Below, piece by piece: positions 49,600-62,608 of a stretch of 64,000 bases of DNA (positions are counted from its first letter, which is position 1; each line of letters opens with the position of its first letter). The translations under genes were made by a program, and so were the position numbers. The DNA lies in assembly GCA_013265495.1 (NCBI GenBank), contig MU058387.1:868001-932000 (forward strand). The letters run 5' to 3'. Below the pieces are notes generated by a model. That model was not told the DNA's origin, did no database searches, and saw only the letters and a program-made list of their open reading frames with translations. Source of the stretch: Vicugna vicugna. Its lineage: Eukaryota.

Positions 49600-50520
49600 A
49601 TGATGATTACGTATCAGTTTGACTGGGCCACAGGGTTTCCAGATATTTGATCAAACCGTCATTGAGGATGTGGTGGTCAGGGGTGTTTGTGGATGAGATT
49701 AACATTTAAATCAGTAGACTAAATAGATTACCCTCCCTAATGGTGGTGGGCCTCATCCAATCAGTTGAAGGCCTGAATAAAACAAAAAGGCGAATGCTTA
49801 CAAGTGAGAGAGAATTCTTTCTGTCCCACCATCGTCATACTGAGACATTGCTTATTTTTTCTGCCTTCAGACTCAAACCAAAATGTTGGTTTTTCCTAAG
49901 TTTCAAGCCTACTAGCTTGGGGACTGAAATTACATTGATGGCTCTCCTGGTTCTCATGCCTTTAAATTCATCCTGGACTTATACCTATACCTATACCAGC
50001 TCTCCTGGACGTCCAACTTGTCAACTCATTCTGCAGATCTTAGAACTTGTCCATATCCATACTTGCATGAACTAATTCCTTATAAGAAATCTTTTTATAT
50101 ATCTGTGTTGCTGAGTCCAAACTCATTCTGCTCATGCACGACAGGCCAATAAATTGGGAGATGAGGTGTTGGGGCAAGGAATAGCGACTTTATTTGGAAA
50201 GCCAGCAGACCGAGACGATGGCAGACTAATAACTTGGAGAACCATCTTGCTCTAGTCAGAATACAGGCTCCTTCTATTCAAAAAATAAGGGAGAAGGAGA
50301 AGGGAAAATAAGGGAGAGGGGTGGTTGACTGTTGCAATCTTCTTGCTGCAGGCATTCTGTGTTCTTGCAGCTGTCCCCGTGGGCCAGGTCTTGGTGTCCC
50401 TGTAAACCCCTAAAGAAACAAAGGCTATTCTCTGCTACATCTGTATCTGTATCATCTCTCTCTCTTTATTCATCGGATCTCTTATTGGTTCTGTTTCTCT
50501 GGAGAACCTTGACTAATACA
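49600..50520 (+). mobile_element. MLT2 (ERVL) solo LTR, interrupted by an ERV1 LTR
   Basis: ttgactgggccacaggg, gtggatgagattaacatttaaatcagtagact, gggcctcatccaatcagttgaaggcctgaata, terminal ctggagaaccttgactaataca. Confidence 0.9.
50106..50439 (-). mobile_element. ERV1 solo LTR (MER41-like cetartiodactyl family)
   Basis: TG...CA termini, 4-bp TSD TCTG (50102-50105 and 50440-50443), antisense AATAAA. Confidence 0.85.
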
Positions 50521-51327
50521 TAGAGTAATGGATACATACTAAGCAAGTACTTACTGAAAGAATAAACTATAACCAAAAAACCCCAAGTGTCACTAATTCA
50601 GATTCTTTTTTATGTAACTACAAATACCTCATCTGAGTAGTTCAATCGCTGATCTGTCATTGCTCTAACCCTTATTTTTTGATCCCCATTCCTGAATTAA
50701 GATTACTGATCTTGGCACATTCATGGTAAAAATAAAAATAGCTAATAAAATTTTTAAGAGAGCACCAGTATGCACCAGAGTTTATTCGGAAAGCTTTATC
50801 CATTAATTGGTTTAGTCCTCACAGCAATTATATGAGGTAAATCTTAATGTTGCCTTGGGAAAAAGCAAATACACTCTGTTAGGCATCTCCTCTATGCCAG
50901 CTCTTACATTGGATTTTTTTTATAAATTATCACATTAAAATTTCACTATACATCTTCAATCATAGATGCAACACTAATTTTCAGTGGTTTTAATGATCTG
51001 AAGTTCAAACTATGTGAGAAATGTCAGTTTGAAACCCATGTCTATGTAATTCCAAAGATCTTTGTCCTGTGTTACTGTTAAGAGAATGTGTTCTTTCTAT
51101 CTAAGTAAGCACTGTAGAACTTAGTTTTTCAGGACCATGATAATTTTTTTCAGGACTTTTCCAGGGTCTGCCTAGAGAGGACATTATAAGCTGGTATGGG
51201 TTCTGTGCACTAAAGGTACTGAGTGCTTGTCAGAGAAGGCTGGTAAGTAGCAAAGACTGGTAACATGTAGATCTTAGTAAGCAGTAGTGTTAGAAAATTC
51301 AAAAGAAAATGGAATTTGAATTCCATC

Positions 51328-51575
51328 TGCAGTAGAGAATAGCCTTTGTTTTGTTGGAGGTTTACAGGGACACCAGGGGGCCTCTCCTCCCTTATTTTTT
51401 GTATAAAAGGAGCCTGTATTCTGACTAGAGCAGGATGGTTCTCCAAGACATTAGTCTGCCATCTTCTCGGTCTGCCGGCTTTCCAAATAAAGTCGCTATT
51501 CCTTGCCCCAACACCTCATCTCCCGATTTATTGGCCTGTTGTGCGGGGAGCAGAATGAGTTTGGACTCAGCAACA
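51328..51575 (+). mobile_element. ERV1 solo LTR, same family as 50106-50439, with an internal deletion
   Basis: TG...CA termini, CATC/CATA flanks, TATAAAA at 51402, AATAAA at 51486; reverse complement of the 50106 copy. Confidence 0.88.
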
Positions 51576-52269
51576 CATACAACCAGAGAGAATGTAAAAC
51601 AAGTATAAAAATGAAACACATTCAAACCTGAATGTTTGCTGTCTCACGAACTTCCTCCACGACTGTTTTTTTTTCTCTCTCTCTCGAGTACACTGTGTAT
51701 TTATTGCTCCTGAACCATGACAGACAGTCTTCCTTGGCTCTAGATTGAGTCACTGTCCTTAATAACACAGTGACACCTCTATCAGATTGTATTTCTTCAG
51801 TGTCCAATTCCATCCATTGTGTACTTTGTCCAATTCTCCAATTAATCCAATGATGTGTTTTTCTCTCTCATCATGTTTCCAAACATTAGTAGGGAGAGAA
51901 TTGTCTGCATCCCGAGGGAAAGACAAGCCTTCATACTGTTAAAAGTCCTTTTTAAAGGTACAACCCTGCTGGGTTTTGCTCTGAGGCATTTTTCTTGCTT
52001 GTTGCTGGCTCAAAGGCCTGGTGACTGCTGATGGAAGATACGCCCATCCCTTCAGGGCCACACATTTACCAGTTGCCATTTGGTTTCTAGTTCAAAGAAC
52101 TTATTCCTGATCTGGCCAGTCTGTGTCAGAAGTTTTAGCAGATCTCTTAGCTGTATAAGCCATAGTAGGCTTCTTCCCCTGCATGGAGGCTTTGGGAACC
52201 AGATTTAATGACCCAACAACTTGCAGTCTTTAATTAGAAAATAATTGCTAAATAGAGCTATAAATTATC

Positions 52270-52359
52270 CTTTTGTTTTCATTGGAGATACTAGGGATTA
52301 AACCCAGGGCCTCATGCACACTAAGCATGCCTTCTACCCCTGAGCTATTACCCTCCCTC
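52270..52359 (-). mobile_element. tRNA-Ala-derived camelid SINE (short form)
   Basis: Antisense head; TSD taaattatc at 52261-52269 and 52360-52368. Confidence 0.88.
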
Positions 52360-53901
52360 TAAATTATCATTCTTTTACAGTGCTTTGAAATAAGGGAGAT
52401 TTGCCTTGAACCATCTAACAAGAATTTAACTTGTGCAATAAATAAAATTCAGCTGACATAAAAGATAAAATACTGAAGACGCTCTTTCTTAGAGGTCCTA
52501 AAACTTTGTATATGAGGGTAATAACAATTGGTATAAACCCATGTGAAGATCTCAAACCATTTTTACATCTCTTTCACTAGTATTATCTCAATTCTGCTGA
52601 ATTATTGTCTTTTCCTTGTATTGTTTGAGTCTAGTTTAAGCAGATTTAAGTAACTGCATGTCATTATTTAATCATAGGATAGTCAAGTTTGGCATAGTTC
52701 TGGGGATCTTAAAGAGTTATTCTCTATTCCTACAAACAGAGGTAAATTTGCAAATGCCTGCGTCTCTTTTCTGTGGACAAAAATGGAGTAGTTTGGAGAA
52801 ATATTTTGAAAATACTGATAATTTCTCACCCGCGGCCATATTATTTGATGAAGGTGAAAAATAATTCTGGCTTTTCACTTATTTTCTTGGCATCTACACA
52901 AGCTTTGCATATTTATATGATGCATGATCATGGCTAGGAATGTTTTCAAAACTATTCTTGGAGAGAAAAACACCAGCATAACTCTAGCATCGTGATATAT
53001 GTTGTAAGTTTAAGACTATGAATACATTATATTCATATATATATACAAATAATATGAAACCTTATTCCAACCTATATTTGGTCACTTTTTAAACAAAATA
53101 CAGACTCAGGCGTGGATTCTTGGTCTTTCCTTCAAATGACTGTTAATATGAGTATTTAGGATCAGAGTTACAGAATGGAGGTTTTTGAGTCAAGAGAGCT
53201 TTTGGGGGAAAACTTTAAACTTGGTGCAAAGCATGTTTTTCGTATCCACAGCTCTTTGTAATGACCCTAACTAAAGTAGAGAATTATGCAAAAATGTTGC
53301 TTATAAAATGGATAGATATGTGGAAATTAAAAATCAGGACTGTATTAGTCAAAACATAAGCATAAACACCTATGTTCACCTCAATAAACCAGGTGAGTTG
53401 ATGGCAGAAAAGGGTAGTAGTAGAAAGCATTTAGGGTAAGTTGGGCACAAATATTCCCCTGAGAAGAAGGGACAATTATAATAACATAAACTTTATCTGT
53501 CAAGACAGGGGACCTGGACTACAGAAAAGAATAGATGAAACATTCCCACAAGCAGGTGGGGGCCACCAGGACCCAAACTACACAGGAGTCTGAAAGTTAA
53601 ATCATTAGATCATAAACTGATAGCATGACAGCTTCTATCAAACCACCAAAGATAGACCTCTATTTTTTTTTGTCTAGGTTGAAATTCTATGGGCAGCACC
53701 ATGATTTGCCCACTCTCTTATGTATAATGATTGGAGATCTGCTGAGACTTGCTATGTCAGCTGTGAATTGTGGGTGGTGGAGAATTACCAAAAGCATCAT
53801 CTTATTGTTTTGAGACACAAGGTTTCCATGCCCTTCCCTTTCCTGTCTTTTTCATCTCTCTCTTGAAAACGTTGATTTCCTGGTAAAAAAAAAAAAAGAG
53901 A

Positions 53902-54330
53902 CATATTAATCAGGGTCCTGACAGGAAACAGATGGCATAGTGAAAACAGTCATTTGAGGAAATTTAGTAGAGACTAGTTAAAAGTGCTTTGACAGAATTC
54001 AGACACATCAGTAAGGGAACGTAGAAGACCCTGGGGCTAGAAACAGTCCTGTAGGGGCAAAATGTTGTAGAAGTTCAAGAGATTTGGAAAAAGTTAGCTA
54101 TGAGGACAAAAGCTCTGGGTGGGGACTGCGGCCAGACATCAGTCACCTGGCAGGGAGGAAGTTAGTCTCATATCCCTGAGACTTTCTCACTTCCTGTTTA
54201 TACCTTCTGTTGGCTAAAATCATCACAGTGACAGATCGTAAGGGATTCTCTGCTGTAATCCTCCCCAGGTCCAGAGTAGAGTGGAAAATGAAGAGGTGAA
54301 GATCCAAAGAGGCAAAAATGATATTGAACA
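53902..54330 (-). mobile_element. Old ERVL LTR (LTR67B-like)
   Basis: tcagggtcctgacaggaaacagatggca...tttgaggaaattta; terminal gaggcaaaaatgatattgaacaca. Confidence 0.6.
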
Positions 54331-56239
54331 CATAAGGATAGAATTAACAATCTTCTAAAGAATTTCCATATCTGCCTTGGGGCAAAACTATCTGATGCAA
54401 ATAATATGATTAGTAATTTTTCTTTAGATTTTTGGAATTCTGTTATGGTCAGTTCAAGATAGAATCAGATATAGAAAAGTTTTATGGAATCAGAAATGAA
54501 GAAATCCACAATGTAGAGGGGTTCAGAGAAGTGGGGTAAAACAGGAAAAACTACAGATTTAGAAGCAGGTTGTAGCATGAGTAGGCATCTGACTACCCAA
54601 AGAAGAATTTTCTGGAATCTAGTATAGGTCAAAGGTTGACTTGTGTCTGACTTTGCCAGTCTTTTCTTCTTTTATCACCCTATGTAAGGATTTATTGACT
54701 GTTTTCTGAAATTATAGCACCTGGCCAGTTCATTTGAATTTTTCCTCCGATTAAGTGTTTTATTGAAACTGGAGATGCCTTTACATCTCTTCATAATCTT
54801 GGTCCCATCTTTGCTCACCCCTCTAACTGAGTGTCACTTCGCAAAGGCTTTTGGTATGAGCTGCATGGGGGAGTGACTTTCTTGGAGGAGTCAGAGTGAG
54901 CCCTTATGCTAGTTCTTCTCTCTATTCAGAGACATTTTTTTTGATCCATTCCCTTCTCATAAGTTGCTCTGAGAGTGTCACATTAAGTGGGGCAGGTATG
55001 CAAACATTGCACAAGCATCTAATAAGGGCTGTGTGAGAGATGTCCAAGGTGATCACCTAGCATAAATAGGAAGGGTAATTTATAAAAAAGCAATTTTCAG
55101 AACTCTGTGTAGGTTATGTGACAATCTTTACAACAAATTCAATTCAGCAATATGTTTCAAATTGGTAGCGTGGATTTGTACTCTGTAAAGTTTTAGGCAT
55201 TACAGAAGAGAAAAGATGTATATAATATGTGGTCTGTGCATCCAGGATCTTTCCAACTAGTTAGGAAGACATAAAAATCCATTAAATGATGAGTTACACA
55301 CTGCAGAGCATTGTTGTTTAAGTGCCCAGGGAGTGGTACTGGCATTGGAGTGTTGAAAGAGAACTCTACATAGCAAGGAAGCCTCAACAAGATGAAGGTC
55401 AGACCATGAGCTCAGCAACAGGGATGGTAGATTGTAAGAGGAGATGGTTTTCCAAAGGAAACATAAACATCTTCCTTTACCACTTTCAAACTAGAGAGAT
55501 AAGGAATTACAGCAGCCACAGAGTTGGCAGAAGTAACAAGACTCTTGACCGCCAAAATCTTCTCTATCTATAATTCTCCTGGATTTCCATCTGTCTCAGC
55601 AAAGATAAGAATATGAATTCTTTTGCAGTGTGGTCTTATTTATCTGATATATGTCATAATTTACAGTGTCTAAGAAGTCTGAAACTATGGCCGTTGGAAT
55701 TCATGGTAAATCTAGAGTGCTCGAACTTAATCTCTTTGTGCATTTGTGTATGTGTAAAATACTGTATTTTTAAATGTAAATACATACATACACAAATACA
55801 AATATATTTACAGTATTATCAAGTGTTCTGAGTCTGTGGGATTATGAGTAATGTACTGGTAGACATAGAAATACCACCCAGGTTTTAAAAGCATAATCAA
55901 TTTTATATTAAATTCTAAATATTTTAGGAGTAACTTTCTGTTTCCCTTCGCTCCTTTAACTCTTCATCCATATTTAGTTCTCATTAAAAAATAGTATGTT
56001 TTTCCTGCTTGGATTTATCATAATTTCTCTCTTCACGCTTGACTATTTAATTTGATATTGAAATTGCTTGGTTTGGCAAGATCTTATAGCATCCAGGAAG
56101 TTAGAAAGTTACATTCTGCTTTCTAAGGGGGGCAGGTCTTATTTTTGTATATTGTCTATTATAACACAGTCTTCCTTTTTGAAAGTACATACAGAGGAAA
56201 TTATTTACATCCTTTGGGGCCTCCTATGAAGATGTAGAA

Positions 56240-56920
56240 CCAGCAGAGTTAGAAGTCAGATTCCAGATGCTCTTTGTTTGTTAGTATTTATTGCCCTAGT
56301 TCAGGTCCATGTCACCTTTGTGCTGAATTTTTAGAAGGCACTTTGCATCCTCTGTCCCCAACTCTAAAGTGTTTGTATAGGATACAAATCCTATTGTTTT
56401 ATACTTATGGCAAATCAAAGTTCTGAAAACCCACCCACCTCTGTCAAAAATGCTTAAGTCACTCTCGAATGTCTGCTGTTTTCATTTCCTAACGTGGCAC
56501 TGGAAAACTTTTCACAATGGGATCTAACATCTATTTTCCACTCCCAGTACCCACACTTCTCACTTCACACATAGACTTGCCAATAAGACTGTGCAGTTGT
56601 AACTGAACATGAATTGGTTTTTTATCTTTGTGTGTTTAGTTATATGCTACCTGCTTCCTAAAATGACATCTTCCCCTCTCCTGCTGTTGTAATGGCTGTC
56701 TTTTTAGGCCAAAGTCAAATCTCCCTGGTCATAATGTTTTCCTCTTCTATATATTTGTGCTCCATTTATACTCCAACAAAATGTGTGTCATTTTTGGTTC
56801 TGTATTATTATAATTTATATTTACCTCTCTCTTCCACTGTCCAGTACTTCACTCAAAACATTTATTTTATCTCTACTGTGAGCCATGCTATTTTATAAGG
56901 AATTTTGGAAATAAAATAGA
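56240..56920 (+). mobile_element. L2 fragment
   Basis: Pyrimidine-rich decayed L2 3' region. Confidence 0.5.
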
Positions 56921-58050
56921 ATACAACAGAATCTTTGTGCTAATAGAGTTTATATTGACTTCACTGGGTCAAGAGCTAAACACAGTTATAAAACAATCTT
57001 ATATAAGTGATCATAAAAAGATATATGAAATATTATATAAAAAGAGAAGAAAAAGTACCTAAGTCTGCCTGGGAGAGTAAAGGAAGTCTTCATTAATGAC
57101 AGGTTAATATAAAACTGAGACTTTAAGAATGAAGAGAAATTTACTAGTCAGGCAAAAATGAGGAAAGACTCCTAGAAGATAAACAGATGAATAGATTTTT
57201 GGGCGAGTAGGAGGGATTTAGTAAATTTAGGGTCAGAGTGCTTACAGAGGAAATGCAATAAAATTCAGGTCATAAAAGAGCATTTCATGTCCTACTAAGT
57301 CTGTAAGGGATAGGAAAGAACTGAAAACAATCTGAACAGAGATGTGCATATCTGAAATACTGCCCAGGCGGGGGCGTAGAGAGAGGATGGCTTGGAGTCC
57401 ATTAGATCTGAGAAGGGGAATGAACACAGATGATTGCTTCGGTGGTTCAAATGAGACATGATTAAATAATGAACCATGGCAGTGGCCTTGAACATGGAGA
57501 GGGGAGGCAGATTCGAGGAAGTAAAGAGATAGCAAGTAGAAAAGGCAGGATTTCCTGGTTGACTGACTACAAGAATGAGAGGGAAGGGATGGTGAAACCA
57601 CTCTTTGGTTTTGGCTGGGGCAACTAGAGAAGCTGACCTTCCACTCACCCAAACAGGAACTAGGAGAAGCTTAGGATGGTCGAAGAAGCAAGAGAGTGAG
57701 GTTGTTTTAGGACAGGCTGTGTCTGAGGTACATTTAGAACTTTATGTTGAGTTGTCAATTCGGAAGTTGGAAGACAAGTTGAAGAGTTCAAGAGAGAGAT
57801 AAAGAGAGAACTCAAGGGAGAATGAAAGTGTCCATTTGGGACTTGGAAGAAAACATAGATAATAAAATAACTGCATGGAATGGGGTGCCTGGGATAAGAT
57901 TATGGACAGAAAAGAATCAGAGGGCACTAGAAACTCTCAACATATAAAGAGGAAAAGGAAGCTTGTGATTTAGTCAAAAAAAAAAAAAGGAGGTTTCAGG
58001 GGAGTGTGGTGTGTTGGAAGTTGAGAAAGGAGAGCATTTTCAAAGGTGTC
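56920..58050 (-). mobile_element. L2 fragment
   Basis: ggtggttcaaatgagacatga...gaaccatggcagtggc, gttttaggacaggctgtgtctgaggtac, gaagagttcaagagagag. Confidence 0.75.
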
Positions 58051-59037
58051 AGGTAATAGTAAGCTAACAATTAAGTATTATCCTTTGGATTTGGGAATTA
58101 GGGTCCCTGATTACTTTATCAGATCATTTGCAATGGGGGTAAATCCAGTCTTCAGCAGTTTGAGAAAGGAAGAAGCAGAAACATTATTTATTGACTTCTG
58201 TTTTGATATGGCGAGAAATGAAGAACTAGTACTTGATAGGACAATAGCCAAAAACAAACACAGTATTGTTGAATATTTTATTTTTGTGGTTTTTTTAATT
58301 GGTGAGAGATCTCAAGTATGTGAGTCTTCTTGGGCAATGATCCAGTGGAAAGCAGTAAAGAAGCTCACTTGAGTAAGAGGGTACTTGATAGAAGTTATTT
58401 TCAGTTAAGAAGATTTGGAGGTTTTAGAAAGGAAAAGTGGTGGAATAGTCTTTGAAGAGTGTACGAATGAAGGCAAGATTTTAGATGGAGTAAGACACTT
58501 TTTTTTTCTGTGAATTGAAAAACTAGGTCATCTACTATGATGTGGTGAGAGGAAAAGGGGCCTTTGAAGAAATGGATATATATATATGAAATATCTGCTG
58601 TGCGGATTCGGAGAACTTGACCAAGTGAACATGGCAGGATGTCTGAGCAGTGTTCAGGATCCATCTGAAGTCAGACACCATGAAGTTTCAATGGTACCTT
58701 TTTTGAGTTGGGTGATTTTTCTCCTAGGTGCAGAAATTAAGAAGATAATGAGATAGTTTGATGCAGATTTGAGGAATTTAAGGCCGAATAAAATTGAAGT
58801 ATATATGTAAGTGATGTAGAGGTGACACTATAAAAAGTTTGAAAGTAATGAACCATGAGGTCGTGAAGCCAGGAGTAGATTTGATTCCTTAGAAGTGGGT
58901 GGTAAGTTTAGGAAAGATGAAAATTTCTTTTTGGCTGAGGAGAGGCGTTTTGTTCTCAAACCTAACAATATATAAGAATCATTAAGAATATCATGTTAAT
59001 CTGATAAGAACAGGTACTACACTTAATCTTAGTGTTC

Positions 59038-59468
59038 CTGGAGAATGTCATTCTAAGTGAAGTCAGCCAGAAAGAGAAAAAAAAATACCATATGAGATCG
59101 CTCATATGTGGAATCTGAAAAAAAAAAAACAAAAACAGAAACAAACAGAAATACGAAACAGAAACAGACTCACAGACATAGAATACAAACTTGTGGTTGC
59201 TGGAGGGCGGGGGTGGGAAGGGATAGACTGGGAGTTCAAAATTTGTAGATACTGACAGGCATATGTAGAATAAATAAACAAGATTATACTGCATAGCACA
59301 GGGAAATATATACAAGATCTTGTGGTAGCTCACAGCGAAAAAAAAAAGTGACAATGAATATATGTATGTTCATGTATAACTGAAAAATTGTGGTCTACAC
59401 TGGAATTTGACACAACATTGTAAAATGACTATAACTCAATAAAAAATGTTTTTTTTTTTAAAAAAAAG
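59038..59468 (+). mobile_element. Young lineage-specific L1 3' end
   Basis: ctggagaatgtcattctaagtgaagtcagccag...gacacaacattgtaaaatgactataactcaataaaaaatgtt plus tail. Confidence 0.92.
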
Positions 59469-59514
59469 AATGATACAAAAATAGGGAAACAAATAAATAC
59501 TTGACAAATAAACA

Positions 59515-59678
59515 GTATCACCTGGAAGTTTCGTTTGAAGATGGATTGCCAGCCTCCACCCGCAGAGCCTCAGTTTCTCTGTAGGTCTATGGGAAGAATC
59601 AGAAATCTGCACTTCTAAATTGTTCTTGGGGAATGCTGATGCTGCAAATATGGGGACCACACTGAGAACCACTGTTCT
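59515..59678. mobile_element. MER5A hAT-Charlie fossil
   Basis: atcacctggaag...aatctgcacttctaa..gctgatgctgc..ggggaccacactgagaaccactg. Confidence 0.85.
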
Positions 59679-61979
59679 AGGTCTCCATACAGCACAGGGG
59701 ATATTTGCTATTCATGGAATAAGGAACCAAGAGAAAATTTTATGCAAGTGACTGATGTAGTGAAAATAATAATTTAATCCATACTTAGAAGATAGTTCTG
59801 AGAGAGAAGAGATTGGAAGATCAGCGAAAAGAATGCTACGTGGCCCAGAAATGCAGAAGGAAGGGCCATTTTTAAGGAGCCATATGTCTAACTAGAAGTC
59901 ATTGGTAACATACTGGAAGTCAGCAAAAGGAAGGGAGGGGGGTCAGTGGTGTTTTGAAATATTTTAGCTTTAGGAGCTAAGTTTCCCTTCTGTGATGTAA
60001 CAGAAAATTTATCACTATCATTCAGCTATGAAATGAAACTGCAGTTATTTATTTTCTATAATTGATTTAACTTTCCTAAGCTCCTACTCCACCAACTGTC
60101 AAGGGATGACTGGAAACTTTAAATTGCCAGTTAATGGAAATGAGTCTTTAGAGGGGAAAATGTCTATTTCAAGAAGCTCCACCTATTTCAGGTAAATGCT
60201 CAATTATACAATATATCCTCCTTCTCTCTGTGCTTACAAAAATATGTCATTTTGCTAATTGAGGAGGAGCAGGAGTATGGTGGCTTAGAGGTCTGTGAAT
60301 GTCCATAGCATTGCCACCTCGTGATCTCAAATGTCACTCCCTCTGTGGTTGATTTGTGCCATCATCCGTGATTACTGATGTCTGAATTCAGGATGGTCTC
60401 CTCTTTCTGATGCAGGTTGCTGTTCATCAAGCTTTCCTCTCAGCACCTCTTGGTCCTATTAACAAAGTAGGTGGTAGCTTCTGCTGTCCAGCTGTCATGT
60501 GTTGACCATGGGCAACCACCATGTAACCCAATTCTCTACTCAGGCATCTTCTCCCAACCACGCAGTACAACCGCTCCCACACTGCACGGCATCTGGACCT
60601 CAGCCAAATATCCCTCCTTTGGGAGGTTGATAACCTACCCCAAGCTTTTCCCAGGAAATCAAGAGATAATCTCAAGGTCTTCATATTTTTATTCTATATT
60701 TTTATAACCTTAGGTGTGAGGGAAACAGGTAATGGGCTCTTGACTTACCATTTCACTTCTCGCATGCCAAGGAAGTAAAGACCAGGTCCTCACTTTCTCT
60801 CAGTGTTGGGGAAAGAATTTCCCTATATCGTATCTTCTTTGTTCCTGAGGTGGTATTCATCCTGTCCCCTTTTCAGAAGCCACGCTCATAGATGAATATG
60901 GGTGGAAAATGTTTATGTGAATAATGTAAGCTACGTTAGAAGGCAGGAAATATACAAAATATCCCAGATACACGGAGACACACAATATGAAAGAGGAGCT
61001 ACTTTGTGAGGAAAGACGGCTTACTCTGCTTGAACAGCGTTGAAATTTGTCTTACCTTCAGGCGTCCAGATGGAGATCATCCAACAGCATTGGGGATATA
61101 GATCTGAAGTTCAAAAAATAAGATTGTGTTGAAAATAGAGATATAATAATCGTCCAAGTAAATTTCAAGTTGCCTGGTCATCTAATTAAAAGCATAACAA
61201 TCAGTTAATTAAAAGCTGTGTCTGTGGTAAGAATATATTCAAGCTAATTGGAGTGGCTTTATGATCATGCTTTTTTTCAGGATGTCAGACTCGTTAACTA
61301 TTTTGACTATAATGCTGGAATAGTCTATGTTTAAAAGTTAATTTTGACATTTGGAGTTTGGAGAATTAATTTCACATGGCTCTATTACAGTTAGCAACAG
61401 CATATTGTAGAAAAGATTCTATTTATTTATTACAAAAGTGATGTGGTTTCAACTCTTTCTGAGTTGCACTGAAGAAGGTACACATTTGTAATTAACTCCT
61501 GCTTGTTGTTAAGCTAAAATTTCTATTTGATGGGGGGTTTGAAAACTCAGTCTGATTGAGGTGAGAGCCATTCTGCCTTTGCTAAGCTCCCCTCTCTTCT
61601 TTCTGCTGTCTCCTACTCCCAGTCCAAATCAGATTTTTGCTCTAAAATCCTGTTTTCCTTCTTCCTCATCAGCCACTTCTAAGATTTTTACCCCTGGATT
61701 TCCCATGTATTTCTGTAACCTGTAAATGTTGGATTTACCCAGAGCTCAGGCTGGACCCTTTTTTTTTCCCTTCTTACCCCTAGAGATCTCATTCTGTTCC
61801 TGGGATTAGCTACTGTGTTAACCATCACTAATGCCATCTATCAGCAGATGACTGACCATTTATATCTCCAGCTCTGACCTCTGTGAACTCCAGAGCACCT
61901 CAACACCTGTCATCTAGGCTTAGAATTATAAGAAATCTCAAATTTAAAATATCCAAGTCAGAATTCTTGATACATCTCC

Positions 61980-62363
61980 TGTATTACTCTACTCAGGCTG
62001 CAATAACAAAATACCATGGGCGGCGTGCCCTCCATAACAGACATTTATTTTCTCAAATTTCTGAAGACTGGAGGTCCAAGTTCAAGGCACCAGTAGGTTA
62101 GGTATCTTGTGAGGATTCTTCCCTGGGGGTGCAGATGGCTGCCTTCTCATTATGTCCTCACCCAGCCTTTCCTTGGTGCAGAGAGAGAGGGGGGTCTCTC
62201 TTCCTCTTATTATAAGGTAGCCAGCGCTATCATACTAGGATCCTACCCTCATGACATCATTTACCCTGAATTACCTCCTAAAAGCCCTGTCTCCAAATAC
62301 AGTCACCTTGAAGGTCAGGGCTTCAACATATGAATTTGACGAGAAACACAATTCAGTCTATAG
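61980..62363 (-). mobile_element. MLT1A-like MaLR LTR
   Basis: ggctgcaataacaaaatacca..acagacatttattttctca..ctggaggtccaagttcaagg...gggcttcaacatatgaattt. Confidence 0.88.
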
Positions 62364-62429
62364 CCCTATCTCAAGATTCAGAACCTTTTGTTACAGGGGA
62401 AGTTGAAAACAGTGGCTACTACCAGGATA

Positions 62430-62608
62430 ATTCCATTTTCTCTTCTTACAAGGGCACCGACCCTATCAGATCAGGGACTCACCCTTATGAGCTCATTTAA
62501 CCTAACTGCTTCCTTTGAAACCTTATCTACAAATATATCCACACTGGGAGGTTACGGCTTCAACCTGTGTGTTGGGGGCAGAGGGCACAAATATTCAGGC
62601 CATATAAC
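62430..62608 (-). mobile_element. Second MLT1A-like LTR fragment
   Basis: tcttcttacaagggcacc..atcagggactcacccttatgagctcatttaacctaa..ggcttcaacc. Confidence 0.8.

Noticed and set aside
60416..60730. Possible exon with a 78-aa ORF
   Set aside because: Splice sites are mediocre and the peptide is unrecognisable.
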